This document shows positions 38,031 through 50,023 of a stretch of DNA of 64,000 nucleotides, in pieces. The DNA is from Elephas maximus (taxonomy: Eukaryota): the NCBI RefSeq assembly GCF_024166365.1, contig NC_064841.1, positions 46,503,680 through 46,567,679 on the forward strand. The letters run 5' to 3'. The notes under the pieces are model-generated. The model searched no databases. It saw only the letters and a list, made by a program, of their open reading frames with translations, and was not told the DNA's origin. A program made the translations under genes and the position numbers. The first letter of the stretch is position 1. Each line of letters opens with the position of its first letter.

Positions 38031-38438
38031 TAGAACATAAGTTCCTTTGTTTTAGGTATCTTATGGGCACTGCTTAGGGACCTCAGAACTGTAAAAAGCT
38101 GCATTTCCAAGCTCTGTAGCACTCCTATGTCAGGGGTATTAGTTGGTTCTGAGAAACTGAGAGCTCTGACCTTTGAAAAGCTTCCAAAGCTAAGCTTACA
38201 CTACCTCTGGAAATATAGGAAATGCCAAACCTAAATGCAATACTGAGCCTCCTCCAAGGACTTCCACTCATTATATGAATGAGCATTATGGTTCTTCTTG
38301 TTTATTTTTGTCTGCTTGGCATGACTTGACAAAGGCAGTTTGGATGAATAGCCACTTAATGGGACATTTAAATTTTCTAAGATAATTTTCCTGCACAGTG
38401 AATTAGAAAAAAAGTGTCCCGGATAAAAAATTTCAATG

Positions 38439-40245
38439 GGACAATTTTTCCAATTGGTAATTGCTAGCAATGAAATGACATCAACAAAGTAAAATAATTT
38501 CTCTACAGAATTCTGTATCTAAATTGACTGAACAGAATAAAAAATTGCAGGATTCAGTTTCTGAATTCATTAAGTAAAAAATAGAAAAGTCAGAGCTCTG
38601 CTGTACTTACACCATCCATTGCAGCTCCCTCTGCCCCTCTTCCAGCAGCTGTTTCTCTGTACCCCCCTCTGACACCCTCCACTACAGCTTCCTCTGCTTC
38701 CCTGCCAGCAGCCTCTTCTCTGTATCCTGCTCTGCCTCTTTATGCGTCTGGAAACTCTCTGTCTTAACTTCTTTTCTTCTCAGGAAGAGAAGCTACTGAA
38801 GAGTCAAAGCCAGAAGAATCTGCTAAAAAAATTCTAAGCCAAAAAGCTCAAAATTAGAAGGCTAAAACTAGAAAGTTCAAAAGGGAGTTCAGAAAAAGGG
38901 AGTCCAAATTTAGAAAAAAGCAAAGTCAAAGCCCTTTCATAAAGTATCTTTTAAAATTTGCCCTGCAGAATCTGGAAACGGCACTGGAGAAAATCCAAAG
39001 AATACTGTTATTTCTTTCATTCCCTAGACTCGTACAGAATTACACAGCATTGCTAAAGATTTTCCAAATTTACATGAGAATCCTCATAGATTAGCTAAAG
39101 AATTCAAAGTCCTTATCAGTGCTTATCAACAGGATTAGCTAATTTATATCAATGAGTCCCTATGTTAGTTGGCCCTGTAGAAGTCATATTATGTTTAAAA
39201 CATGCTAAGTGGAAAGATTCCTAAGATGACTTAGCTTTGAATACAGCAAAAATGGCTGAAATCCTCCTCACAGAGGCTCAAGAGAAGGGCAAAGATATTT
39301 ATGATGCAATCCTTAAGGACTTTCCTCCAAAAAATAGATTGGACAAAAGTTAATTCTTGTATACAAGGCCAAGATGGAAGTTTTTATGATTATCAATCCT
39401 ATTCCAGAAGTTTCTGGAACATTCTGGGTTGACCCCTTCAGATGAAAGAACAAAGAGATCTTTAACGTGGTATTTATTTCTGGCCTCAAGCCTGAAATTT
39501 CAGCATTATTTAAGAGACATCGTTTAAATTGGAAGACTGCTTCTATTGAGGAATTAACTACTTTATAGCTCATGAGCTTGCCCAAACTTTAGAAACAAAG
39601 CAGACTGCTCAAACTAACAAATTAAATAAATAATGGCCCTTCGATTACAAAAATCTACAAAGACCTGCTCAGAAAAAAAAACCCTCAGTGGACCTAAAAC
39701 TGGTCTCTGCAACTATTGTAAAAAAACGTGGCCACCGGAAAAGCAAATGCCTTAAGTTAAACAGAAAGTTTCAAACTCAACCACTCCTCCCTGATTCAAA
39801 CTGAAGGGGCTCCAGGGACAAAACAGGGACTTTTCCTATGGTAGCTCTAAACCCTCAAGGAGAAGAAACTGTGTATATTAATGGAGAACTTTGTACGTTT
39901 TAATTAATTTGGGGGTTACATCATCCAAAATTAATCCCATGTGCCTAAAAAAGCCCCTACCCCAGAGTAGAACGCTTCAATCATGGTGGGAGTTACAAAT
40001 AAGGAACAAACACTATTTCATTCTCAACCTATGCCAATTTCTCTTGGCTCATTAGAAGATTTGCATCCCTTTCTGCTAAGTCCTGAAACCCTGTTAATTT
40101 AATAGAAAGAGATATTTTAACTAAATGAATTGCCATTTACAAGACAATGAAAAGGGGGAAATATTATTAATCTTGCCTGATAATCAAAACTCAGGAATAG
40201 ACAACAATCAAACAGAAGAGGCTATCTGCCACATACAAGCCTGTC
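38439..40245 (+). pseudogene. ERV-2 gag-pro remnant
   Basis: MGQ start, proline-rich region (PSAPLPAAVSLYPPL..), CA motifs and a degenerate CCHC knuckle (CNYCKK..). Confidence 0.6.
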
Positions 40246-40749
40246 ATGGATTGAATTGTGTCCCCCCCAAAAAAGTGTGTATCAACTTGGTTAGGCCATG
40301 TGTGGTTGTTGTCTATTTTGTGATTTTAATTTTATGTTAAGAGGATTAAGGTGAGACTGTAACACCACCCTTACTCAGGTCACCTCCCTGATCCAAGGTA
40401 AAGGGGAGATTCCCTGTGGTGTGGCCTGTACCACCTTTTATCTTTCAAGAGATAAAAGGAAAGAGAAGTAAGCAGAGAGTTGGGGACCTCATACCACCAA
40501 GAAAGCAGCACCAGAAGCAGAGTACGTCTTTTGGACATGGGGTCCCTGCGCCTGAGAAGCTCCTCGATCAGGGGAAGATTGAGGACAGGGACCTTCCTCC
40601 AGAGTCAATAGAGAGAGAAAGACTTTCCCTGGAGCCAACGCCTTGATTTGGATTTGTAACCTACTAGACTTGAGAAAATAAATTTCTCTTTGTTAAAGCC
40701 ATCCACTTGTGCTATTTCTGTTATGGTGGCACTAGATGACTAAGACAAA
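40246..40749 (+). mobile_element. Solo LTR, MaLR-like family (copy e), inserted in ERV-2 pro/pol
   Basis: Termini TGTCATGGATTGAATTGTGTCCCCCCC ... GATGACTAAGACA. The 5-bp TSD aagcc flanks both ends. Confidence 0.6.
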
Positions 40750-42205
40750 GCCCTTACTATGCCTCTTCAAAATTCTGTTCCAACAGATCCTCTCCCCACT
40801 GAAATTATTACTCAGGTCCCCGAAACTTTGTGGGCCATGACTTTTACAGATGTTGGCAGGGTTCTGTCCGCTGAACCTATTAAAATTCAAATGGACATGT
40901 CTAAGCCTTTACCTAAGATCTCACAATATTCACTTAAATGAGAAGAAAAAAAGGAATAACCCCTATTATTCGAGATGTTCTTTCTAAAGGGTTAATTGTC
41001 CCCTGCTTTATTAGTCCTTACAACACCTCTATCTTTCCAGTTAAGAAACCTCCCGGTAGAGGTTGGCGGTTAGTTTAGGATTTGTGTGCCATAAACCACC
41101 CTGTTAACTGTACGTACCCTGTTGTCCCTAACCTACATTTGTTACTTTCCAATGTTCCCTCTGAAGCAGTATGATTTAATGTTATAGACCTCTGTAGCAC
41201 ATTTTTCAGATCTCCTGTCAAACCCAAGAGTTGAAATTTGTTCGCTTTTACTTGGGAAAATCAACATTTTGCCTGGAATGTTATGCCTCAGGGTTTTACA
41301 GAGGCTTCCACTTACTTTTCCTCAAATTTTGTACACATATTTGCACCCTTTGCAATTTCCAAATAAATCTACTTTATTACAATATGTTGACGATTTGCTG
41401 GTGTGTTCCACCTCTCAACAGGCTTGCCTGGAGATCAGCATAGACATGCTAAAACATTTGGATGGAGACATAAAGTTTTAAAAGAGAAATTGCAAATTTC
41501 TGTCAAATACTTAGGTCATTTGATCTCTGCAGAAGACATTTCTATTGACACCAAGAGAAAACAGGCTTTTGCCACTTTTTTCCTGCCTAAAACAATGGAA
41601 CAATTAAGGGGATTTCTGGGTCTTTGTGGTTATTATCCAGCCTAAATTCCTAATTATTCTCTTATAGCACAGCCTTTATGTAAATATTTGAAACATTTTA
41701 TGTAAATATTTGAAAACCTCTGAGCTTGATCCATTCTATCTTGCCCCAGAGGATCAAGAGGTGATAACTAAGTTACAACAACCTTTGATTAAAATGCGTG
41801 CTTTAGGATTTCCTAACTACCATTTGGACCTCGTACTTTTTGTGCATGAAATTTCTGGTAATGCACTAGGTGTTCTTATATAGAAACACAGGGAACAAAA
41901 TAGGCCTGTGGGTTCTATGGTCTGCAGCTGGACCTCATGGCCAGGACCCGCCCTCCCCCATGCCTTAGGGTGGTGGCCACCACGGCAAAATCAGTGGAAA
42001 ACATGGCAGATATCGTTTTGGGAAACCTTTTAAATGTATATGTACCCCCACACTGTATCTGCATTAATTAATTCCACTTTAACTCAACATCTGTCTGCCA
42101 TTCATTTCCTATGAAGTGCTTCTTCTGGCAGCCTCTAATATTAGATTACATACAGCAGCTACTTTAAACCCAGCTGCCCTTCTCCCTACAGCTGATAACG
42201 ACTGT

Positions 42206-42366
42206 CCTTCCCATGGAGCTATGGCGGTACGGTGCTTAAGAGCTTGCTGCTAACCAAAAGGTCAGCAGTTCAAATCCGCCAGCCGCTTCTTGGAAACCTT
42301 ATAGGGCAGTTCTACTCTGACCTATGGGGTCACACTGTGAGTGAGAATTGACTCAATGGCAAGGGG
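42206..42366 (+). mobile_element. AfroSINE
   Basis: GAGCTATGGCGGTACGGTGCTTAAGAGC..GTTCAAATCCGCCAGCCGC.. TSD ccttcccatg. Confidence 0.8.
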
Positions 42367-42743
42367 TTTTAGCCCTTCCCATGATTGTTTAGACTTAACC
42401 AAGCAGGTTCTGACTCCTCATAGTAATTTAAAAGAAACTCCTTTAACAAACCCTGATACAATATTGTTTGTAGATGGCTCTTATTTGAAGCCAAGTCCTA
42501 AATCTCACTATCAGACTGGTTACACTGTTATACTACTTCTACTGAAGGCCTTGAAGGCCAGCCTCTTCCTAAGGCCACTTGAGCTCAACAAGCTGAACTT
42601 CATGCTCTTACCAGAGCATGTCAACTTGCTAAAGAAAAGTCCATAAATGTCTTAACAGACTTAAAATATATATTTGAGACTATTCATGATTTTGGAATAT
42701 TATGAAAACAAAGAGGTTTTTTAAACCTCTTCTGGTACCACTA

Positions 42744-42897
42744 TGGAGCCCTGGTGGTGCCGTGGTTAAGAGTTCAGCTACTAACCAAAAGGTTGGCAGT
42801 TCGAATCCACCAGCCACTCCTTAGAAACCCTATAGGGTGGTTTTACTCTTCCCTTTTATAAGGTTGCTATGAGTTGGAATTGACTTGATGGTAATGG
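42744..42897 (+). mobile_element. AfroSINE
   Basis: GGAGCCCTGGTGGTGCCGTGGTTAAGAG..GTTCGAATCCACCAGCCACTCC..GTTGCTATGAGTTGGAATTGACTTGATGGTAATGGG. Confidence 0.8.
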
Positions 42898-43947
42898 GCT
42901 AGATTGAGTTTTCGTAACATTATTAAAAATGGGCTTTAGTAGCAGACCTATTAGATGTCTTGCTGCTACCTTCTAAAACTGCTGTAGTTTAAACACAAGC
43001 ACACCAGTTAAAGGGAGTGTCCCAAACTGAAGAAACTGGAGGAAATAATCTTGCTGATGCAGCTGCTAAAATAAAGCTGCTTCCCAAGTTATCACTGCCC
43101 CAAACAGCAAAAGGGTATATATAACGGCTTTTGGAAGAACCTATAGGAAGCTATTCCTGTGAAGCCACTGCAACATTCACACCTACCAAAGAGAAGATTT
43201 TAAAACATCGGCAGGTGGCTCATTCTAATGAAATTGAAAAATGGAAAAAGTCAGGCTGTTATCAAGACCCTGACGCTAAACTATGGTTAGGACCTAATGC
43301 CAAAATTGTTCTTCCTAAACTTTTAGACTTCCCTATTTTTTTTATGATGAGGACTCTACATGAGAATACTCATCTAGGGAGAGTTCTTAAAAATTACTGG
43401 TAGGGAATTTTTTCTAAAGCAGCTGAGCATGTGACCACCCACTGCCCTATCTGCCCTCATTATAATCCTGGGAAACATCTTAAAACTTCCCCTGGACAAT
43501 ATCCTTTGCCTTCTGGGCCTAGGATCAAATAGCAGTTGGACTTTATCCAGCTTCCACCTTCAAGTAGTAACAAACATGTTTTAGTAATAATTTGTAGATT
43601 TTCACACTGGGTAAAAGGTTTTATTTGTCAATGGGTCACTGCTTCTTTTGTGGCAAAAAAGCTCCTTGAAAACATAGCACCTACTTAAGGAACACCCAAA
43701 ATTCTTTGCAGTAATTGAGGAACTCATTTTACTGGACAAGTTACTCAAGAATTATGCCAAGTTTTTCCTATATACCAAAGATTACATTGCCCTTACTACC
43801 TATAGATTTGGGGCTGGTAGAAAAAACTAATGGTATGATAAAAACTCAACTTGCTAAATTTTCTGAATCCTTAGGTTTGCCCTGGACTACAGTTCGCCTT
43901 TTAGTCCCTCCAAATTTAAGACTCAGTCCTTTCAGGTCTCATAAACT

Positions 43948-44889
43948 TGTTGTTATTGTTGTTGTTAGGTGCTTTCGAGTCGATTCTGACTCATAGCAAC
44001 CCTATGTACAACACAATGAAACACTGTCCGGTCCTGCACCACCCTCACAATCACTGCTATGTTTGAGCTCATTGTTGCAGCCACTGTGTCAATCCATTTT
44101 GTTGAGGGTCTTCCTCTTTTTCACTCACCCTCTACTTTACCAAGCATGATGCCCTTCTCCAGGGATTGGTCCCTCCTGATAATAAGTCCAAAGTATGCGA
44201 GACGAAGTCTCGCGATCCTTGCTTCTAAGGAGCATTCTGGCTGTACTTCTTCTAAGACAGATTTGTTCGTTCTTCTGGCAGTCCGTGGTATATTCAATAT
44301 TCTTCACCAACACCATAAATCAAAGGCATCAATTCTTCTTTGGTCTTCCTTATTAATTGTCCAGCTTTCACATGCATATAAGGCAACTGAAAACACCATG
44401 GCTTGGGTAATGTGCACCTTAGTCTTCAAGGTGACATCTTTGCTTTTTAACACTTTAAAGATAAAGAGATCTTTTGCAGCAGATTTGCCCAATGCAATAC
44501 ATCATTTGATTTCCTGAGTGTTGCTTCCATGGGTGTTGATTATGGATCCAAGTAAAATGAAGTCCTTGACAAATTCAGTATTTTCTCCACTTATCATGAT
44601 GTTGCTTATTGGTCCAGTCATGAAGATTTTTGTTTTATTTATGTTGAGGTGTAATCCCTACTGAAGGCTATAATCTTTGATCTTCATCAATAAGTGCTTT
44701 AAGTCCTCTTCACTTTCAGCAAGCATGATTGTGTCATCAACATATCGCAGGTTGTTAATGAGTCTTCCTGCAATCCTGATGCCTCATTCTTCTTTATACA
44801 GTCCAGCTTCTGGATTATTTGCTCAGTATACGGACTGAGTAAGTATAGTGAAAGGATACAACCCTGATGCACACCTTTCCTGAGTTTAA
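43948..44889 (-). mobile_element. RTE1/BovB-like LINE, 3' ~0.94 kb on the minus strand, inserted in the ERV-2 IN/env region
   Basis: The left end is (TTG)n TTAGGTGCTTTCGAGTCGATTCTGACTCATAGCAACCCTATG. The minus-strand ORF 44304-44492 (..AKDLF.FKVLKSKDVTLKTKV..TQAMVFSVALYACESWT..) matches the plus-strand RTE1 copy at 26930-27100. The TSD is ataaactt. Confidence 0.8.
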
Positions 44890-45016
44890 ACCATGCATAA
44901 ACTTACTCTTTATAAAATAATCATTGGAAGGCCCATGATCCTTCCCTGCATTGCCTCTATGGATCCTAACTTAGTACAACCTCAATTATTACAATATTGT
45001 CAATCTTTAATGCAGT

Positions 45017-45170
45017 AGGAGCCCTGGTGGCAAAGTGGATGAAGAGCTTGACTGCCAACCAAAAAGTCAGCAGTTCGAATTCACCAGCCACTGCTTGGAA
45101 ACTCCATGGGGCAGTTCTCTGTCCTACAGGGTTGCTATGAGTCAGAATCAACTCAATGGCAATGGGTTTA
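45017..45170 (+). mobile_element. AfroSINE
   Basis: GGAGCCCTGGTGGCAAAGTGGATGAAGAGC..GTTCGAATTCACCAGCCACTGC..GTTGCTATGAGTCAGAATCAACTCAATGGCAATGGG. Confidence 0.8.
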
Positions 45171-45727
45171 AGAAAGTATTTTTCACAAGTTAAAGAGGCA
45201 TTTGGAGAGCAAGAATCTGATTCTCCTCCCTCAATTATTATTAACTCAGAAGATTATGTTTATTGGATAAGATCGCTAGAAAGGGCCTTATCTTGCCCTT
45301 CTGATTAACCCTCGTACAGCAAACTAGAAGGAATTAACACTTGGTTGGATACATCTATCACAGTTGAAGAAAGCTAAAATGCCCATTTGGACTTGCCAGC
45401 CAGGCAAGAGATTTAGAACTCAGACTGAAGCAGTGCCCCGGAGACCAGAAGCAAGGTGCTTCAAAGCCAAGCTGCTGACCCCAAAGTCACAGAGCGAGTT
45501 AAAGTGACAGCTGCTAAAATCTATAAACTCTGGTTTTTAATTGTTGGTATTTTAGGTCTTGATTACTTTTGCTTAATTGTGGAATTATTTCTTAGTAGCT
45601 CTAGTAATCACTGTGTATCTTCAAACCTAGAAGTATAAACTTTTTATTCCTTATACAGAAATTGAACTAGTTTAATATTTATAACCTTTTTGAAATAGTT
45701 TTATTTTACCTACTTGTATCCATCTCT

Positions 45728-45795
45728 ATGGGGCAGTTCTACTCTGTCCTATAGGGTTGCTATGAGTCCAAATCGACTCGACGGCAGTGGTGGGT
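45728..45795 (+). mobile_element. AfroSINE 3' fragment (5'-truncated)
   Basis: TGGGGCAGTTCTACTCTGTCCTATAGGGTTGCTATGAGTCCAAATCGACTCGACGGCAGTGGTGG. Confidence 0.6.
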
Positions 45796-46274
45796 ATCCA
45801 ACTCTTAGTGAATTACTAGAAAAAAAAATGTTTTATACTCATTAATTTCCTTTTGTTTTACTATATTGTTTTAATTAGCCTTTTTATTATGTTTATAATA
45901 GTTTTCCTCTGTTTTTTATAACCAACACTGATGCTTAGTGAAAGAATTTTTTTTATCAAATTAGCTCAATCACTTGCCAATCCAAGCAATTTAACAGAAT
46001 GTTGGGTATATCACTGCCCTGCAATCCACACACAACCAAATAGATCCTCCTGCTGTACCAGTTTTAGATTATAAGTTCATACCCAATTTTACTATTGATT
46101 TTAGAAAAGCATTTAACCGAGCCATCTGTGTCAAACTATGGCTACCCCAAGAATTGTCCATTTATTCATCAGCTCCCTGTTTCAACCTTTCCTGTCTACT
46201 CGGTCCACACTATGTGAAGTTTTTGTTAATGATGCTTAGTATTATCACTTAATAATAGATAACTGTATTGTATT

Positions 46275-46427
46275 GGGAGCCCTGGTGGCACAGTGGTTAA
46301 GAGCTTGGCTGCTAATCAAAAGGTCAGCAGTTCAAATCCACCAGCCACTCCTTGGTAACCACATGGGGCAGTTCTACTCTGTCCTATAGGTTCGCTATGA
46401 GTCAGAATTGACTCGACAGCAACGGGC
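46275..46427 (+). mobile_element. AfroSINE
   Basis: GGAGCCCTGGTGGCACAGTGGTTAAGAGCTTGGCTGCTAATCAAAAGGTCAGCAGTTCAAATCCACCAGCCACTCC..GACTCGACAGCAACGGG. Confidence 0.8.
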
Positions 46428-47699
46428 ATCATAATTAATTCAAATTTCCTTATATGTGTTTGCCTCCGGGATCCCCTAAATTTTGGAAAACTGTCCATTC
46501 GTGATGACTTATTAACCGCCACCTGGCTTAAAAGAGCCAATCAGTCCATTTCGTTTCCTGATATCCAAACTGGAAAAGGCATGTTATGTGCCCCATCTGG
46601 ACCTATTTTTTATGTGGAGGATCAACTTATGCAAGAAAAAAGTCCAATGATTCACCCTATACTTGGGCTTTGCCATGTTTAAATGGTTGCAGTATGATAG
46701 GCCAATGTACTTTAGGAATATTAGGAGTTCCCATGAGTACCCATTCATAAAATAACAGCTTTCCATGAAACACTGATTTAAAATTAATATCTATACAGAA
46801 GAGAAACCTCATCCTCTCAGGAATCCCATAGCTAATTACTCAGGGTGGGGACAGTCTTTCTTACATGCTATTATACCGTGGTTTAGGATGGGCAATTAGA
46901 AATGTCCATTTGCAATCTATTTGCCACCATGGGCCAAACTTATGATAGTGTTGCTAATGGAATGGCTACACAACAAAAATCTTTAGAATCCTTACCCAAG
47001 AGTTGTATTAGACAAAAGAATTGCCTTAAACTTTCTTTTAGCTCAGCAAGGAGGAGTCTGTCGCCAGTATCTCTTACTGTTCATGGATAAATAGCCTCAT
47101 GGCTGCATACCAATCCTCCCATAACAGTTTCTTCCTTCCCTGGTATTTTTAGCTGGTTACCCCAAAGTACTGAGTCTGGGATACACTCCTTTCTACTAGC
47201 CTGTCTGCTTCTTCTAATCATTGTAATTATTTTTATAAGACTTGTTTAAATAACGTTTTGTGTTTCTCATTGCCACAGCCAACCTGCAGGACATATGACC
47301 ATGCAACCAATTATGTATCTAGAAGAAACTACTTTCTCTAAAGAGGCTGAGGTTTAGTTCTGAAGCCAAACCCTTTCTGGAATACCAGTTATTCCTCTAA
47401 TATGGCTCTGTTCACGACACTCACCCCAACCAGAATTTACCCACCTTGAAGATGAAAATCAGAACTAAAGTCAGATGGTACCCAGTAGGCTGCTAAAAAA
47501 TCAAAATGATGTGCAGCTGCAAAAAGACAGCAACGAAGGTCTTAAAAGCTGCCAGAAGAATGGCCCATGTTCTCCAGCAAAAGCTCCCACCTCTGGAGTT
47601 CAGAGAGAAACACGGTGACATCCAGAATAGCCACCTAAAAATAGTGGCTTAAAGACTCCAGCCCTTCCCAGTGGGCCACGCCATGCCGCTCAGTGAGAC

Positions 47700-48640
47700 A
47701 CCAGCTTGCCACTACCCTGAGTCCACCCTGCCCCCACTGGCCAGCTCCCTCAGTGCCTTTTTTTTCCTCTTTCTTCCTTTTCTTTCTCCCTCCCACCTAG
47801 TCCCATGCGCTGCCTCCACCCCTTTCTGACAGGCTGTGCCACAACGTGCCACTCGTCTGGATAGGCACCAGCTGGCCATCACCCTGGGCCTACCTGCCCC
47901 TACCAACCAGCTCCCACTGTGCCATTTTTTTCTTTTTCCCTTTCTTCATCTATCACTGAACCACCTAGACCTGTACACCACCTCCACCCTGTCCCAGCGA
48001 TCCATGCCTCACCACCTTAGCTAGAGAGCCACCAGCCCCCAGCCACCCTGGGGGCGCCCTGACCCCACCTGCTGGCTCCCATCACCCTATTTTTTTGCTT
48101 TTGCTTGTTTCTTTCTTTTCTTTCCTCCTCCCATCTAGCTCTACATAGCACATCCCATTCCTTCCAACCAGCCCTCAGGTCCACAGGCCCCTATAGCACT
48201 GCCAGTTTTTTCTTTTTCTTTTCTCTTTCTTCCCTTTCCTTCCTCCCTCAGATGTAGCCCATACACCACCTTCCACATTGCTACCAGACTCCCCTGCACC
48301 ACCACAACTGGAGAGACACTAATTCACTGCTGCCCTGAGTCCAACACACCACCACTATGGTGTCACTTATTTTACATTTTTCTCTTTTCCTTCTACCTCC
48401 CACCTAGTCTCATACACTTCCCCCTTTTTCTATCTGGTCCCTGTGTTTACCCAGCCCCCACCCACCATCTGTTTTTTTAATCTTTCTCTCTCTTTTCTTT
48501 CTCCATCCCCCACCTAGCCTCATATGCCACCCCACCTCTCCTCCAACCTCCCAATATACCACTGCAACTAGAACATCCCCAGTGCTCAGGACTGCCAGCA
48601 CTCCAGGCCCACACTGCCCCCTTCACACCACTTGACCAGC
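47700..48640 (+). repeat. Tandem array of about 6 CT-rich ~150-170-bp L1 promoter monomers (same family as 8560-9950)
   Basis: Repeated ..tttctttctccctcccacctag(c/t)cc.ta.a.cacc..cc.. units. Confidence 0.7.
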
Positions 48641-49507
48641 TGCTGAACACTGGAAAGCAAGCCTGTACCACTCCCCATCTAAGACCCCCACCTATCTGAC
48701 AAGAGGATGTGAACATTCCCACACAGCCAGATCAACATCAGGAGGCAGACAGCACCTGCCCAGTCCACCCCCATCCACCTCACCAAACCAGTTGAAAAAT
48801 GGAACACTGGCCGTGTCTGACCTCCTGTAACTTCACAAGGGGGGAGGCCAGCCCAAGGATGATTTCTATGAGGCACAGTTCAGACATTCCCTGTCTCTCT
48901 GACATCTTTACCAATTCTGACATCAACTGTCCCACCCAAGATGCTCTCTACTTCTCTGCTGGGCTCAATACTTCATTGCAATGGCCACATGGAACTCACA
49001 GACAATGCTCACGATACTCACAATTGTGAGCTTTATGAGGGAAGTAACAGGTTACAATTCAGGCTCAGGAACACTCAGAATACAGTATCCATCAGGACAA
49101 ACTCTTTTCAGTTGTGCTTGCAGGCACACCTCTCTGTGGCCCTAGGCCTCTGCTGTGCTCAGGCAAGTACTACAAAGCACTTTTAGCCCCTGCCAATAAA
49201 TGACTGGTGGTACCCTACTCCATCAGTAAGCCTTGGCCCAAAGGAACTCAGCTTTCTTGCTCCATCGGCTGGGAAGTCTACTGCGTGGTCTCCTGCCAGT
49301 CTCTCATGCCACGACTTCTTGCCGTCTACAAGGTTACACCTTACTCTCCCTCTCAATCTCCTGGTTCCAGGAGCTCCTCAGCACAGGGATTCCAGGTTCA
49401 AAGGGTGCACTCTCTGCTCCTGGCTGTTCTTTCTTGGTGGTGGTGGGATTCTCTCTCTCCCACTTCTCGGATGGCTCACCTCAAGCCCAGCAGAATGGCA
49501 AAACTGA

Positions 49508-50023
49508 CTGTCTTAGTTACCTAGTGCTGCTATAACAGAAATACCACAAGCAGATGGCTTTAACGAGATAAATTTATTCTCTCATAGTCAAGTAGATTAC
49601 AAGTCCAAATCAGGGTGTCAGCTCCAGGGTAAGGCTTTCTCTCTTTGTCAGCTCTGGAGGAAGGTCCCTGTCCTCACTCTTCCCCTGGTCGAGCAGATTC
49701 TCAGGTGCAGGGACCCTGGGTCCAAAGGACACACTCTGCTCCTGGTACTGCTTTCTTGGTGGTGTGAGGTCCCCAGCTCTTTGCTTGTTTCCCTTTCCTT
49801 TTACCTCTCTACAGAGGTTAAAGGTGGTACAGGCCACACCCCAGGGAAACTCTCTTTACACTGGATCAGGGAGGTGACCTGAGTAAGGGCAGCGTTAAAA
49901 TCCCACCCTAATCCTCTTAACATAAAATTATAATCACAAAATGGAGGACAACCACACATTACTGGGAATCATGGCGTAACCAAATTGACATATATTTTTG
50001 GGGGGACACAATTCAATCCATGA
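49508..50023 (-). mobile_element. Solo LTR, MaLR-like family (copy f), inside L1 D's 5' UTR, with an adjacent partial tandem copy at ~49230-49505
   Basis: Left end CTGTCTTAGTTACCTAGTGCTGCTATAACAG.., right end ..TTCAATCCATGACA. The TSD is ctgac. The 49230-49500 region repeats the LTR-internal ..CTCTGCTCCTGG..TTTCTTGGTGGTG.. block. Confidence 0.6.

Larger units (their letters stand above)
40750..43947 (+). pseudogene. ERV-2 pol remnant (RT, RNase H, integrase N-terminal part)
   Basis: ORFs at 41269-41481 (YVDD) and 43131-43403 are present. The region is interrupted by AfroSINEs at 42206-42366 and 42744-42897. Confidence 0.6.
44890..47320 (+). pseudogene. ERV-2 env remnant (SU fragments, TM with membrane-spanning and ISD-like motifs), with many stops
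   Basis: See the ERV-2 entry. AfroSINEs sit at 45017-45170, 45728-45795 (partial) and 46275-46427. The env C-terminus ..LIIVIIFIRLV.. lies at ~47200-47300. Confidence 0.5.
38030..47660 (+). mobile_element. ERV-2: gammaretrovirus-like provirus remnant with gag-pro-pol-env, same orientation as ERV-1 but clearly diverged from it
   Basis: Gag starts at 38439 (MGQFFQLV..). The CA region ..DFPNLHENPHRLAKEFKVL.. is present. RT LLQYVDDLLVCS lies at ~41385 and the IN zinc motif H..H..CPICPH at ~43400-43470. An env TM-like hydrophobic segment (ILGLDYFCLIVELFL) lies at ~45540-45640, and an immunosuppressive-domain-like stretch (..LDKRIALNFLLAQQGGVC.., frame-corrected) at ~46990-47060. Protein identity to ERV-1 is only moderate. 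Confidence 0.75.

Noticed and set aside
3533-46427. tRNA-like sequences (GGAGCCCTGGTGGCGCAGTGGTTAAGAGC..GTTCGAATCC) that might be called tRNA genes
   Set aside because: All are heads of AfroSINE retroposons. Each continues into the ~80-nt SINE body and RTE-derived tail, is flanked by TSDs and lacks a CCA-acceptor-compatible 3' end. None is a stand-alone tRNA gene.
28395-47660. Treating ERV-1 and ERV-2 as a single provirus
   Set aside because: There are two separate gag initiators (MGNNNK at 28835, MGQFFQ at 38439) and two complete but diverged RT/RNase H/IN sets in the same orientation. These cannot be ordered into one gag-pol-env unit.
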